14,175 nt of DNA, taken from positions 1 to 14,175 of the forward strand of contig JAWOJK010000084.1 in assembly GCA_046481705.1 (NCBI GenBank). Direction: 5' to 3'. How positions within the stretch are numbered: the first letter of the stretch is position 1; the number at the start of each line of letters is the position of its first letter. Below the pieces are notes generated by a model that did no database searches, was not told the DNA's origin, and saw only the letters and a program-made list of their open reading frames with translations. Shown here piece by piece: positions 1 through 7,773 of this stretch. Origin of the DNA: Desulfobacterales bacterium. Lineage in GTDB: Bacteria > Desulfobacterota > Desulfobacteria > Desulfobacterales > JAABRJ01. Both the position numbers and the translations under genes were made by a program.

Positions 1-165
1 CTTTACACCCTCGCCTATCTCCTGGACGCCCTCCACAAACGCGGCAGCCGCGCGCCGGCCGAGTGCGCGTCGGACGGAGAGGAAGACCGCATCGCGCAAT
101 CCCTTGCCGCGTTCCAAAAGGAACTCGAGGCAAGCCCGGCCAACATCCTGCTGAAAGATCTGTAG
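1..165 (+). CDS. 3' end of an unidentified protein-coding gene; the peptide ends ...LYTLAYLLDALHKRGSRAPAECASDGEEDRIAQSLAAFQKELEASPANILLKDL* and the start lies upstream of the window
   Basis: Frame 1 is open from base 1 to the TAG at 163-165. About 80% of codon third positions are G/C, matching the other genes. Amino-acid composition is protein-like, unlike the Arg/Gly-rich antisense ORF at 63-545. No family assignment is possible from 54 residues. Confidence 0.5.
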   Translation, partial: LYTLAYLLDALHKRGSRAPAECASDGEEDRIAQSLAAFQKELEASPANILLKDL

Positions 166-201
166 CCTGTCGCCGGCGCAATCGCGATCTGGTGCTGTCC
201 G

Positions 202-1188
202 TCAAAGCCCGGCCGGGGCCCAGAGGTAGTAGAACCCCGCTGGCGGTGACGTCAAGGCGCGCGGCAGGCCGAGGCTCACCAACGCCTCCGGCCGGCCGCC
301 GGCATGCACGGTGGCTGTGTTGTAAAGATTGTCGTCGGCATATTCCGTGCGGCGGTAGACCACCACCCGGGCGTCTTCCGGCAGACCGGTCAACTTGCGG
401 GCCTCGGCCAGCGCCGCGTCGAGATAGCCGATCTGGTCCACCAGGTTGTACTCCAGTGCCTGGGCTGCCAGATAGACCCGCGCGGATGCGATATCGGCCA
501 AATGCCCGGCCTCCAGCCGGCGGTGGCGGATCACCAGATCCATGAAACGCTGGCCCAGTTCCTCGGTCAAAACCTGCAGCATTTTACGCTCGGCCGCGGT
601 GGATTCGCGAAAGGGTGAGGCCATGTCCTTGTTAAGCCCTGATTTGTTGACCTCCAGCCCCAGCCCCAACTTGTCCATCAGGCCGCCGACCTTGGGGTGC
701 ATGAAGACCACGCCGACGCTGCCGGTGACCGTGGTGGGGTGGGCCACGATATGGTCCGCCGGCAAGGCGACGTAGTACCCGCCGGAGGTCGCCAGGTCCA
801 TCAGCGCCGCCACCACCGGCACACCGGTTTTCTCCTTGTAGGCGACAATCTCGTGATAGAGGATATCGCTGGCGGTTACCGACCCGCCCGGGGATTCGAT
901 TTTAAGGACCAGGGCGCGAATGTTCGGGTCATCGCCGGCCCGCCGCAGTTGGGCGACGGTGTCCTGCAGGAGGCTGGGCCGGGCGCCCCCGAAGATCTTT
1001 TCATCGGGCTCGCTTGAAATCACGCCGCGAATCGAAACCACCAGAATTTTCGGGCCTCCCCTGCCCTGAATGGTGAATTCCCTGAGCGGCGCCGTGCCGT
1101 CCCGAAAGAGGTTCACCTGGGGCGCCACACAGCCAATGAGCCCAAGCAGCGTCAGAATTATGACCATCACACCGCCGACGTTTCGCAT
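202..1188 (-). CDS. sppA: Signal peptide peptidase SppA (protease IV, S49 family, 36K type)
   Basis: The 342-aa ORF contains an N-terminal membrane anchor (VMVIILTLLGLIGCVA) and the S49/ClpP-like core (ILVVSIRGVISS, ESPGGSVTAS, LATSGGYYVA). I prefer the ATG at 1188 (MRNVGG...) because a GGAGG Shine-Dalgarno sequence lies 6 nt upstream on the minus strand. The track's start at 1230 is a GTG with no Shine-Dalgarno sequence. Confidence 0.85.
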   Translation of the reverse strand: MRNVGGVMVIILTLLGLIGCVAPQVNLFRDGTAPLREFTIQGRGGPKILVVSIRGVISSEPDEKIFGGARPSLLQDTVAQLRRAGDDPNIRALVLKIESPGGSVTASDILYHEIVAYKEKTGVPVVAALMDLATSGGYYVALPADHIVAHPTTVTGSVGVVFMHPKVGGLMDKLGLGLEVNKSGLNKDMASPFRESTAAERKMLQVLTEELGQRFMDLVIRHRRLEAGHLADIASARVYLAAQALEYNLVDQIGYLDAALAEARKLTGLPEDARVVVYRRTEYADDNLYNTATVHAGGRPEALVSLGLPRALTSPPAGFYYLWAPAGL

Positions 1189-1255
1189 CCGATGCCTCCA
1201 GAAAAAGGGCTGACGTACGGTCTCCGCCACCGCCGGGCCGCCGGCCGGCAGGGCG

Positions 1256-1957
1256 CTACCGGGCTTCGCCGCGCAGCTTTTTGATCAGCCTGGGGATAAA
1301 AAATGAAAATACAAAAAGGCCGATGGAAAAAAACACCTTGAAGGAGATCACCTCCCCCCAGTTGCCGGAGGCCCAGATATCCTTTAGGGTCCCGATAAAG
1401 AAGGTGAAGATGAAAGTCCCCACGAGGATCCCCAAGCCCGTGCCCGCCACATAGTCCCAAAAACGGACCTGGGTCAGCCCCATGCCGAAGTTCATGGGGG
1501 TGAAGGGAAAATACACCAGCCGCAGGTAAAGCACCGTGGCAAAGCCGTTGCGGGCGATGGCCTCGTCGTATTTGCGAAGCTTGCCGCCGATCAGCGATGC
1601 GGCAAACTCGCGCCCCAGGGTCCGCCCGATCAAAAAGGCCAGGCTGGCGCCGGCCATGGCACCGATCCAGACGTAGACAAACCCCCAGTAGGCGCCGAAA
1701 ATCGCGGCCCCCAAGCCGGTCAGGAGGGTCCCCGGGACAAACAGACAGACCCCGACGGTATAAACCAGGATAAACACCAGAGGCGCCCAGATGCCCGCCG
1801 CTTCAAGGAAACGCCCCAAGGCGTCTGCGCTCAGATAGCCTCGCAGGGGAGTGTAGCGCACCAGCACCAGGGCGCCGACAATAAACAGCACAAACACGAC
1901 GGCTTTCCAAACGGCCCTGGGTTTTTTTCCCCCAGGCGGGGCCGGCACAGATTCCAT
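1256..1957 (-). CDS. TVP38/TMEM64 (DedA/SNARE-associated) family membrane protein
   Basis: A polytopic membrane protein with the conserved FVPGTLLTGLGAAIFG...G and Y.R.VYFPFTPMNF segments typical of the TVP38/YdjX/DedA-like family. The ATG at 1957 (MESVPAPP...) is preferred over 1975 because a GGAGAAG Shine-Dalgarno sequence lies 7 nt upstream of it. It lies 50 nt downstream of the oxidoreductase stop on the same strand, so the two are likely co-transcribed. Confidence 0.8.
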   Translation of the reverse strand: MESVPAPPGGKKPRAVWKAVVFVLFIVGALVLVRYTPLRGYLSADALGRFLEAAGIWAPLVFILVYTVGVCLFVPGTLLTGLGAAIFGAYWGFVYVWIGAMAGASLAFLIGRTLGREFAASLIGGKLRKYDEAIARNGFATVLYLRLVYFPFTPMNFGMGLTQVRFWDYVAGTGLGILVGTFIFTFFIGTLKDIWASGNWGEVISFKVFFSIGLFVFSFFIPRLIKKLRGEAR

Positions 1958-2025
1958 GGCGACTTCTCCGGTCATAAAGCTGTGATCGGACCGACTGCAG
2001 CGCAGGGGGTGTCATTCCCGCCGGG

Positions 2026-3513
2026 TCAGTCCCGCGAAGCGCTGCAGGCGGGGTCCTCCTGGCTGCAACCGCAGGCCCGGCCCTTGAGATGGAAAAAGAA
2101 CTTCAGGCTCTTTTTGACGGTTGGCGAGAAAATCTTGGGTGAAAAATAACTGCCGACCACCTTCCTGCTGATTTCACCGAGGGTCGGGTAGGGGTGCACC
2201 GCCGAGGCCAGGGTCGAAAGCATGACCTTGCCGTTTAGCACCGCCACCCATTCGTTGAGGAGTTCACCGGCGTGCGGACCCAGGATCTGAACACCGATCG
2301 GCTTTTGCTTGCCATCCAGGATCATCTTGATTTTACCGACCCTATCGCCTTCGGCCAGGCTGCGGTCATTGTCCTCGAAGGGTTCCTCCCAGCGCGTGTA
2401 ATCGATGCCCGCGGCGACGGCGGCCTTTTCGTTCATGCCGATGCTGGCCAGCTCCGGATCGGTGTAGGTGCACCAGGGCAGCCAGGTGTAATCGACTTTT
2501 CGCCGCAAATGAAACACCGCGTTGCTGACGACGATCCCGCCCTCGTAACCGGCGGCGTGGGTGAACTGAAATCCGCCGGTAACGTCACCGGCCGCGTAAA
2601 TGTGCTTCAGGCTGGTGCGCAGCCGTTTATCCACCTGCACCCCGCTGCGGTCAACCTTCACACCGATCTTCTCGAGCCCCAGCCCCCCGGTGTTGGGAAC
2701 CCGCCCGACGGCCACCAGCAGCGTTTCCGCCCGCAGGGCGACCTGCTGCCCGTCGGCGGCTGTGATCACCACCTCCCGTTGGTTGCCGAGATCCCGGGTG
2801 CTGAGCACAGCCGAATTCAGGTGAAACACCACCCCCTCCGCCTGCAGCACCGCCATCACGCCGCCGGCCATGTCCCGGTCTTCCTTGGCGAGGATCTGGC
2901 CGGCCATGTCCACCACCGTCACCCGGGTGCCGAGGCGGCTAAACGCCTGGGACATCTCGATCCCGATGGGGCCTGCGCCGAGCACGATCATGCTGGCGGG
3001 CAGGTGGTTCAGCGTAAAAATTTCGCGGTTGGTGATATACGGGGTGCGCTGCAGTCCAGCGATCGGGGGAACCGCAGCGGAAGAGCCGGATGCGATCACC
3101 CAGTACTTGGCTGCATGGGTTTTGCCGTTCAAACGGATGGTGTGCGCGTCGCTGAACTCCGGCTGCCCGAACAGCACCTGGGCGCCAAGACGGCAGAAAC
3201 GCTCGGCGGAGTCGTGCTGCTGAATGGTGGCGATGACGGCCTGGATTCGTTTGACCACCTCGCGGAAATCCACCGGTGGCAAGGCCATTTGCGGCAGGCC
3301 GAATCCGGCGGCGCGCGCCATCAGATGGCGCACCCGGGCCGTGTGGATCAGGGTTTTACTGGGCACACAGCCGAAGTGCAGGCAGTCCCCGCCCAGCGCA
3401 TTCTCCTTTTCCACCAGCAACGTTTTCGCGCCCAGGCGGGCGGCACCGGAAGCGACGGTAAGCCCCGCCGCACCCCCGCCGATGATGCCGATATCGAAAT
3501 CGTAGGCTGTCAT
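2026..3513 (-). CDS. FAD-dependent pyridine nucleotide-disulfide oxidoreductase (dihydrolipoyl dehydrogenase / mercuric reductase-like class I flavoprotein) with a Cys-containing C-terminal tail
   Basis: An N-terminal FAD fold (DIGIIGGGAAGL) is followed by a redox-active CxxxxC (GGDCLHFGCVPSK). A second GxGxxG (MIVLGAGPIGIE) is present. The dimerisation-domain signature HPYPTLGE is present. A further ~45 aa (…FFFHLKGRACGCSQEDPACSASRD) extends past the canonical fold. The ATG at 3513 (MTAYDFD...) has a GGGAGA Shine-Dalgarno sequence 6 nt upstream and is preferred over the track start at 3537. Confidence 0.85.
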   Translation of the reverse strand: MTAYDFDIGIIGGGAAGLTVASGAARLGAKTLLVEKENALGGDCLHFGCVPSKTLIHTARVRHLMARAAGFGLPQMALPPVDFREVVKRIQAVIATIQQHDSAERFCRLGAQVLFGQPEFSDAHTIRLNGKTHAAKYWVIASGSSAAVPPIAGLQRTPYITNREIFTLNHLPASMIVLGAGPIGIEMSQAFSRLGTRVTVVDMAGQILAKEDRDMAGGVMAVLQAEGVVFHLNSAVLSTRDLGNQREVVITAADGQQVALRAETLLVAVGRVPNTGGLGLEKIGVKVDRSGVQVDKRLRTSLKHIYAAGDVTGGFQFTHAAGYEGGIVVSNAVFHLRRKVDYTWLPWCTYTDPELASIGMNEKAAVAAGIDYTRWEEPFEDNDRSLAEGDRVGKIKMILDGKQKPIGVQILGPHAGELLNEWVAVLNGKVMLSTLASAVHPYPTLGEISRKVVGSYFSPKIFSPTVKKSLKFFFHLKGRACGCSQEDPACSASRD

Positions 3514-3693
3514 GCAGGTCTCCCTTTTCCCCATCATCCTGTGCCGCCTTGGGGGTCGTGGCGCAGATAAACGGACCGAAGTAAATGAAGTTAATACCGA
3601 TCAGCGGATGGTCAATACGGCGGCCGGCCCCCAGCGAAAAACGCCACGAGGGCCCGGGATGGCGGAAAAAGGCCGAACGGCAAAGCAAATCGC

Positions 3694-3725
3694 CCGCCGG
3701 CAGAAGAGACGCTGCGGCGGGCGAT
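3694..3725 (-). terminator. GC-rich stem-loop (10-bp stem TCGCCCGCCG / CGGCGGGCGA) about 85 nt downstream of the acyl-CoA synthetase stop; possible intrinsic terminator
   Basis: A perfect 10-bp inverted repeat flanks a 15-nt loop. On the minus strand the next bases are TTTGCTTTGCC, a weak U-tract. It sits between the acyl-CoA synthetase stop at 3809 and the start of the oxidoreductase operon at 3513. Confidence 0.4.
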
Positions 3726-3808
3726 GGGTTTCCTTTGGTAATTCGGTGAACCGGCGAACCACCGGCATCGGCGCCGTGAGGGCCGCGGCGCCGGTTTCTC
3801 AAAGGCGG

Positions 3809-5419
3809 CTAATTGACCTTGCGGTCCCTGCCGGCCCATTCCTTTTCACGCAGCTTGAACTTTTGAATCTTGCCGGTGGCGGTTTTGGGCAGCGCCCCGA
3901 ACTCGACCGCTTTGGGCGCCTTGAAGCGGGCCAGATTCTGCTTGCAGAAATTAATGATGTCTTCCGCCGTGGGGTTGGTGCCTTCGCGGGGGACGACAAA
4001 AGCCTTGGGAACCTCGCCCCACTTGGGATCCGGAATCGGCACCACCGCCACCTCCAGAACCTCCGGGTGCCGGTAAATGACGTTTTCGATCTCGACGGTG
4101 GAGATATTCTCCCCACCGCTGATGATGATGTCCTTCTTGCGGTCCATGATCTGGGCGTAGCCGTCCGGGTGCATCACCGCCAGGTCCCCGCTGTGAAACC
4201 AGCCGCCTTCAAACGCGGTGGCGGTCGCCTCGGGGTCCTTGTAGTAGCCGAGCATGACGTTGTTGCCACGCATGACGATCTCCCCGATGGTCTTCCCGTC
4301 GCGGGGAACCGGTTGCATCGTGCTGGTATCGAAGACATCCATGTAATGGGTCAGAATAAACGGCACACCTTGCCGGGCCTTGATCTTGGTCTTTTCCTCG
4401 ACCGGCAGGTCGTTCCACTCCTCTTTCCAGGCGCACACGCTGTGCGGGCCGAAGACCTCGGTCAACCCGTAGGTGTGGGTAATGTTGGCGCCCATGGCCT
4501 CCACGTTCTGAATCACCGTGGGGGCCGGCGGGGCGCCGGCGGTCATGATCTCCACCATTCGCGGCAGCCGGATATCCTGGGCGCCCGGAAAGGTGGACAT
4601 GGTGATCAGGACGGTCGGGGCGGCGCACAGGTGGGAAACCCCTTCGGTTTCGATCAGGCGGAAGATTTCCTTGGCCAGCACCTGCCGCAAACACACGTGG
4701 GTGCCGCCCATGGCCGTCACGCCCCAGGTAAAGCACCAGCCGTTGCAGTGAAACATGGGCAGGGTCCAGAGGTAGACCGAACTGGGCGTAAACTTGATTT
4801 CGAGCATTTCGCCGATGGCGTTCAGGTAGGCGCCGCGGTGGTGGTACATGACCCCTTTGGGCAGGCCGGTGGTGCCGCTGGTGTAGTTGATGGTGGCCAC
4901 CTGGTATTCGTCATCCACCACGATGGGCACCGGGTCGGGGGCGCCGGTGGCCAGAAAAGCTTCGTAATCGAGCCCGTCCAGAGGCTTCTCGGGGCTGATG
5001 TCGCAGATGTTGACCAGGGTGTTAACCTTGGGAATCTCGCCGAGGTTGGGGACCACCAACTGCGCGAACTCATTGTCGACGAAGACCGCCTTGGCATCCG
5101 AATGATCGATGATGTAGCCGACTTCATGGGATGAAAGTCGAATGTTGACGCTCACCAGCGCGGCCCCGATCATGGGTACGGCGTAGTGGGCCTCCAGCAT
5201 GGGCGGGGTGTTGGGGCAGATGAAGGCCACCTTATCGTCCTTGCCGATCCCGATGCGGGTCAGGGCGCTGGCCAGCCGGTTGACCCGTTCGTAAAATTCG
5301 CGGTAGGTGTAGCGCTTTTCGCCATAGACGATCGCCAGTTTGTCGGGGTAAACGGCGGCGCTGCGGACCAGGAACTTAACGGGGGACAAAACGTCGAAAT
5401 TCACCTTGAGTTCGGCCAT
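3809..5419 (-). CDS. AMP-dependent acyl-CoA synthetase / fatty-acid--CoA ligase (adenylate-forming enzyme, ANL superfamily)
   Basis: The protein carries the AMP-binding signature YTSGTTGLPKGV and downstream ANL motifs (GYGLTE-like THTYGLTE, the hinge DRKKDIIISGGENIS, and a C-terminal PKTATGKIQK lysine motif). The ATG at 5417-5419 (MAELKVNFDVL...) is preceded by AGGAAAGGA on the minus strand. The track's upstream extension to 5509 is not supported. Confidence 0.85.
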   Translation of the reverse strand: MAELKVNFDVLSPVKFLVRSAAVYPDKLAIVYGEKRYTYREFYERVNRLASALTRIGIGKDDKVAFICPNTPPMLEAHYAVPMIGAALVSVNIRLSSHEVGYIIDHSDAKAVFVDNEFAQLVVPNLGEIPKVNTLVNICDISPEKPLDGLDYEAFLATGAPDPVPIVVDDEYQVATINYTSGTTGLPKGVMYHHRGAYLNAIGEMLEIKFTPSSVYLWTLPMFHCNGWCFTWGVTAMGGTHVCLRQVLAKEIFRLIETEGVSHLCAAPTVLITMSTFPGAQDIRLPRMVEIMTAGAPPAPTVIQNVEAMGANITHTYGLTEVFGPHSVCAWKEEWNDLPVEEKTKIKARQGVPFILTHYMDVFDTSTMQPVPRDGKTIGEIVMRGNNVMLGYYKDPEATATAFEGGWFHSGDLAVMHPDGYAQIMDRKKDIIISGGENISTVEIENVIYRHPEVLEVAVVPIPDPKWGEVPKAFVVPREGTNPTAEDIINFCKQNLARFKAPKAVEFGALPKTATGKIQKFKLREKEWAGRDRKVN

Positions 5420-5525
5420 GATTTCTTTTCCTTTCCTTGATGCGTCAAGCCTGACCGGAATGCCCGGCAGCGGTTCGGTGCAGCGGCGATTCGTGCCGGG
5501 AAGCGGCACCTTCCGGCTTCACGAA

Positions 5526-5551
5526 GCTGCACAATAAAAATGCCGCCCGGC
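5526..5551 (-). terminator. Terminator-like hairpin (CCGCCCG-GCTGG-CGGGCGG followed on the minus strand by CATTTTTATTGT) in the 5' leader of the acyl-CoA synthetase gene
   Basis: A perfect 7-bp GC stem (5533-5539 / 5545-5551) encloses a 5-nt loop. On the minus strand it is followed 2 nt later by a T5 run (plus-strand A5 at 5526-5530). It lies about 110 nt upstream of the acyl-CoA synthetase ATG. Confidence 0.35.
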
Positions 5552-5794
5552 TGGCGGGCGGATGGGGTGGCGCTGGTGGCAATGACCGCCGTGGCGGCGT
5601 GACTCACAAATCTGAACGAGCGCTCGGTCTCAGAATATTTTACACGCCGGCCGCCGCACTGTCAACCCGATTTTTCCGACCGGTTTGCAAACCACCGCCC
5701 CGCAATCCGCATCTGCGGTTGAAATTTGGCTGCGTCCATATTAGGGTCAGCCACCGGCCAAGACCCCGGCCTGATTTTTTGAAATCCTTGCGAA

Positions 5795-6937
5795 GTGACC
5801 ACCGACATGGATCATCCCCCACCGCCCCAACACCTGACGGCGGAACTGGAGCGTCGAATTCTCTACGGGCTTTCCCTGGAGTGGGAAGCGGCGCTCTGGG
5901 TCCTGCCGCCCCCCGTTCGCCGGAGGATGGCAAAACCCCTCTTCACGCTCGAAAACCTCTCGTCCCGGCTGGGGTACTGGCACCCCGGACGGGCCGAAAT
6001 CGGCCTCAGCCGCCGCCTGGTTCTGGATTACGGCTGGGACGCGGTGCGGGAGGTTCTGCGCCACGAGATGGCGCACCAGATGGCCGACCAGGTCTTGGGA
6101 GCGGGCGGTGAAATGCCCCACGGCCCTAAATTCCACGAGGCCTGCCGCCTGCTGCGCGCCAACCCCGAGGCCTCCGGCCGCTTCCGTCCCCTGGCGGAGC
6201 GCCTCCAAGGCGAGCCGCTGAGCGCCGAGGACACCCGCCTGCTGAGGATCCGCAAACTCATGGCGCTCGCCCAAAGCCGCAACCGCCACGAAGCCGAGGC
6301 CGCCATGGCCAAGGCCCACGAACTCATGGCGCGCTACAATCTCGGTGTTCTGGAATGCGGCCGGCGGCGCGCTTTTGTCAGCGTCTTCGTCGGCGCCCCG
6401 GCCCTGCGCCAGCAGCGCGAGGCCTACCATCTGGCCCGCCTGCTGCAGGATTTTTACTTTGTTGAAGGTCTGTGGGTGTCGGCCTTCGTTCTGGCGCGCG
6501 GCAAGATGGGCCGGGTCCTGGAGATCAGCGGCACCCGCCAGAACACTCAAACGGCCAGCTATGTCCATGACTTTGTCGGTCATTTTATTGGCCGCCAATG
6601 GACGGCTTACAACCGCACGCAAAGGCTCAACCGCTACCGCCTGACGGATTTTGCGGTGGGGATTATCGAGGGCTTCCGCTCCAAACTGCAGCAGCATCGC
6701 GACCAAAAATCCGAGGACCCCGAAACGCGCCTGCCGCTGAAAATCGAAGACCCGCAGCTCAGGGCTTATATTGCCGAGCGCTATCCACGGATCCGGCGCT
6801 TCGCAAGAAACGTTTCAAACCAGGATCAAACTGTGCTAAGGGACGGAATGCAGATCGGCCGGGAAATGGTCGTATCCCGCGGGATTAGCGAACAAAGCGG
6901 CGCCGGCCGCAAACGCCTGACCGGGCCGACCCGATAG
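5795..6937 (+). CDS. SprT-like zinc metallopeptidase domain protein (HEMAH) fused to a DUF2786-like helical segment and an uncharacterised C-terminal region
   Basis: The N-terminal ~130 aa match the SprT-like fold pattern (...GYWHPGRAEIGLSRRLV...REVLRHEMAHQ with the HExxH zinc motif). Residues ~155-185 (LLRIRKLMALAQSRNRHEAEAAMAKAHELMARYNL) match the characteristic DUF2786 motif. The start is either GTG 5795 or ATG 5807, neither with a clear Shine-Dalgarno sequence. Third-position G/C is high throughout. Confidence 0.7.
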   Translation: MTTDMDHPPPPQHLTAELERRILYGLSLEWEAALWVLPPPVRRRMAKPLFTLENLSSRLGYWHPGRAEIGLSRRLVLDYGWDAVREVLRHEMAHQMADQVLGAGGEMPHGPKFHEACRLLRANPEASGRFRPLAERLQGEPLSAEDTRLLRIRKLMALAQSRNRHEAEAAMAKAHELMARYNLGVLECGRRRAFVSVFVGAPALRQQREAYHLARLLQDFYFVEGLWVSAFVLARGKMGRVLEISGTRQNTQTASYVHDFVGHFIGRQWTAYNRTQRLNRYRLTDFAVGIIEGFRSKLQQHRDQKSEDPETRLPLKIEDPQLRAYIAERYPRIRRFARNVSNQDQTVLRDGMQIGREMVVSRGISEQSGAGRKRLTGPTR

Positions 6938-7029
6938 CGGCCGGCCGCAAACCCGGCTTGGGCTGCGTTGGCCGCGGGACTCGTCCGGCAAACCCTGCGG
7001 TATGAGGCGCTGGCCCCGTTTGATCTGGG

Positions 7030-7773
7030 TTGCCGCCCCGGGCAGCCTCTGACTTCCTGCCGCTTAGAGCGAACCGTGTCGTGCTGATTGACTGCCGGAA
7101 TATACGCTACCGCTACCCCAATGCCGAAGCCGCGGTCTTCGCCGATCTCAGTTTCTGCGTCCGGGGACCGGGCTTTCACGCCCTCTTCGGCCCCTCGGGG
7201 GTCGGGAAAACCACGCTCGCCCGGATGATCGCCGGCAACGGCCCGCGCTACGAGGGCCGCATCGAAACCCACGGCGTGGCGCAGACGCTTTACTCCTACA
7301 ATCTCGAACGGCTCCCCGGCTGGTCCTGCGTCGGGGATCACATCGCCAAGGTCACCCCACCCTCGCGCCGGGAGCGCATGGCGGATCTGATCCGCTCTTT
7401 CGGTCTTGAGGGCTGCATCGACGCGCGTTTTTCGCAGCTTTCGCTCGGCCAGAAAAACCGGGCCAACCTGACCCGCTACCTGGTGCAGGATTTCGATCTG
7501 CTGATCATGGATGAAAGCCTGGCCAATGTGGATGAAACCACCCGGGAAAAGATCCTTTTGAAAATAAAGGGGATGTTTCCGGAGAAAGGGTTTCTTTACA
7601 TCTCCCACAACGTGTCCGAGGTGGCCAAATTCTGTCGGCAGGTCGTCGTGCTGCGGAATATGGCCAAACAGCCCCAGGCGGTTTCCATCGCCGGTCTGGA
7701 CCTGGCCCCGGACCAGCCTCTTGACAAAAGCCGGCTGGAGCGCGCCATGCTGGAGATCGTGCATGCTGCCTAA
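7030..7773 (+). CDS. ABC transporter ATP-binding protein (NitT/TauT nitrate/sulfonate/bicarbonate-type importer ATPase)
   Basis: The ORF has Walker A GPSGVGKTT, an ABC signature variant LSLGQKNRANL, Walker B DLLIMDE and an H-loop SHN. The track start is a TTG at 7030 and a GTG at 7081 is an alternative, so the true start is uncertain. The stop overlaps the permease ATG. Confidence 0.85.
   Translation: MPPRAASDFLPLRANRVVLIDCRNIRYRYPNAEAAVFADLSFCVRGPGFHALFGPSGVGKTTLARMIAGNGPRYEGRIETHGVAQTLYSYNLERLPGWSCVGDHIAKVTPPSRRERMADLIRSFGLEGCIDARFSQLSLGQKNRANLTRYLVQDFDLLIMDESLANVDETTREKILLKIKGMFPEKGFLYISHNVSEVAKFCRQVVVLRNMAKQPQAVSIAGLDLAPDQPLDKSRLERAMLEIVHAA

Noticed and set aside
63-545. 160-aa plus-strand Arg/Pro-rich ORF
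   Set aside because: It is extremely Arg/Pro/Gly-rich. It overlaps the real frame-1 C-terminal gene fragment (1-165) and the antisense of sppA.
2272-3570. 432-aa plus-strand ORF opposite the FAD oxidoreductase
   Set aside because: The opposite strand encodes a complete class-I flavoprotein disulfide reductase (GGGAAG, CxxxxC, HPTLSE-like). This frame is low-complexity.
3512-5134. 540-aa plus-strand ORF opposite the acyl-CoA synthetase
   Set aside because: It is Gly/Arg/Ala/Val-rich with no recognisable motifs. The minus-strand frame carries the canonical AMP-binding signature (YTSGTTGLPKGV) and the GC3 pattern. It is a typical high-GC antisense artefact.
5560-5600. Possible sigma-54 promoter (TGGCGC…GCAAT) upstream of the SprT-like gene
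   Set aside because: The spacing between the GG and GC dinucleotides is 10 rather than 12, and the -12 element is not TTGCW. This is not a credible match.
5747-6706. 319-aa minus-strand ORF overlapping the SprT-like gene
   Set aside because: The plus frame carries the HEMAH and DUF2786-like motifs with good GC3. The minus frame is Ala/Gly/Arg-rich without features.
6826-7764. 312-aa minus-strand ORF overlapping the ABC ATPase
   Set aside because: The plus frame has Walker A/B and the ABC signature. This is an antisense artefact.
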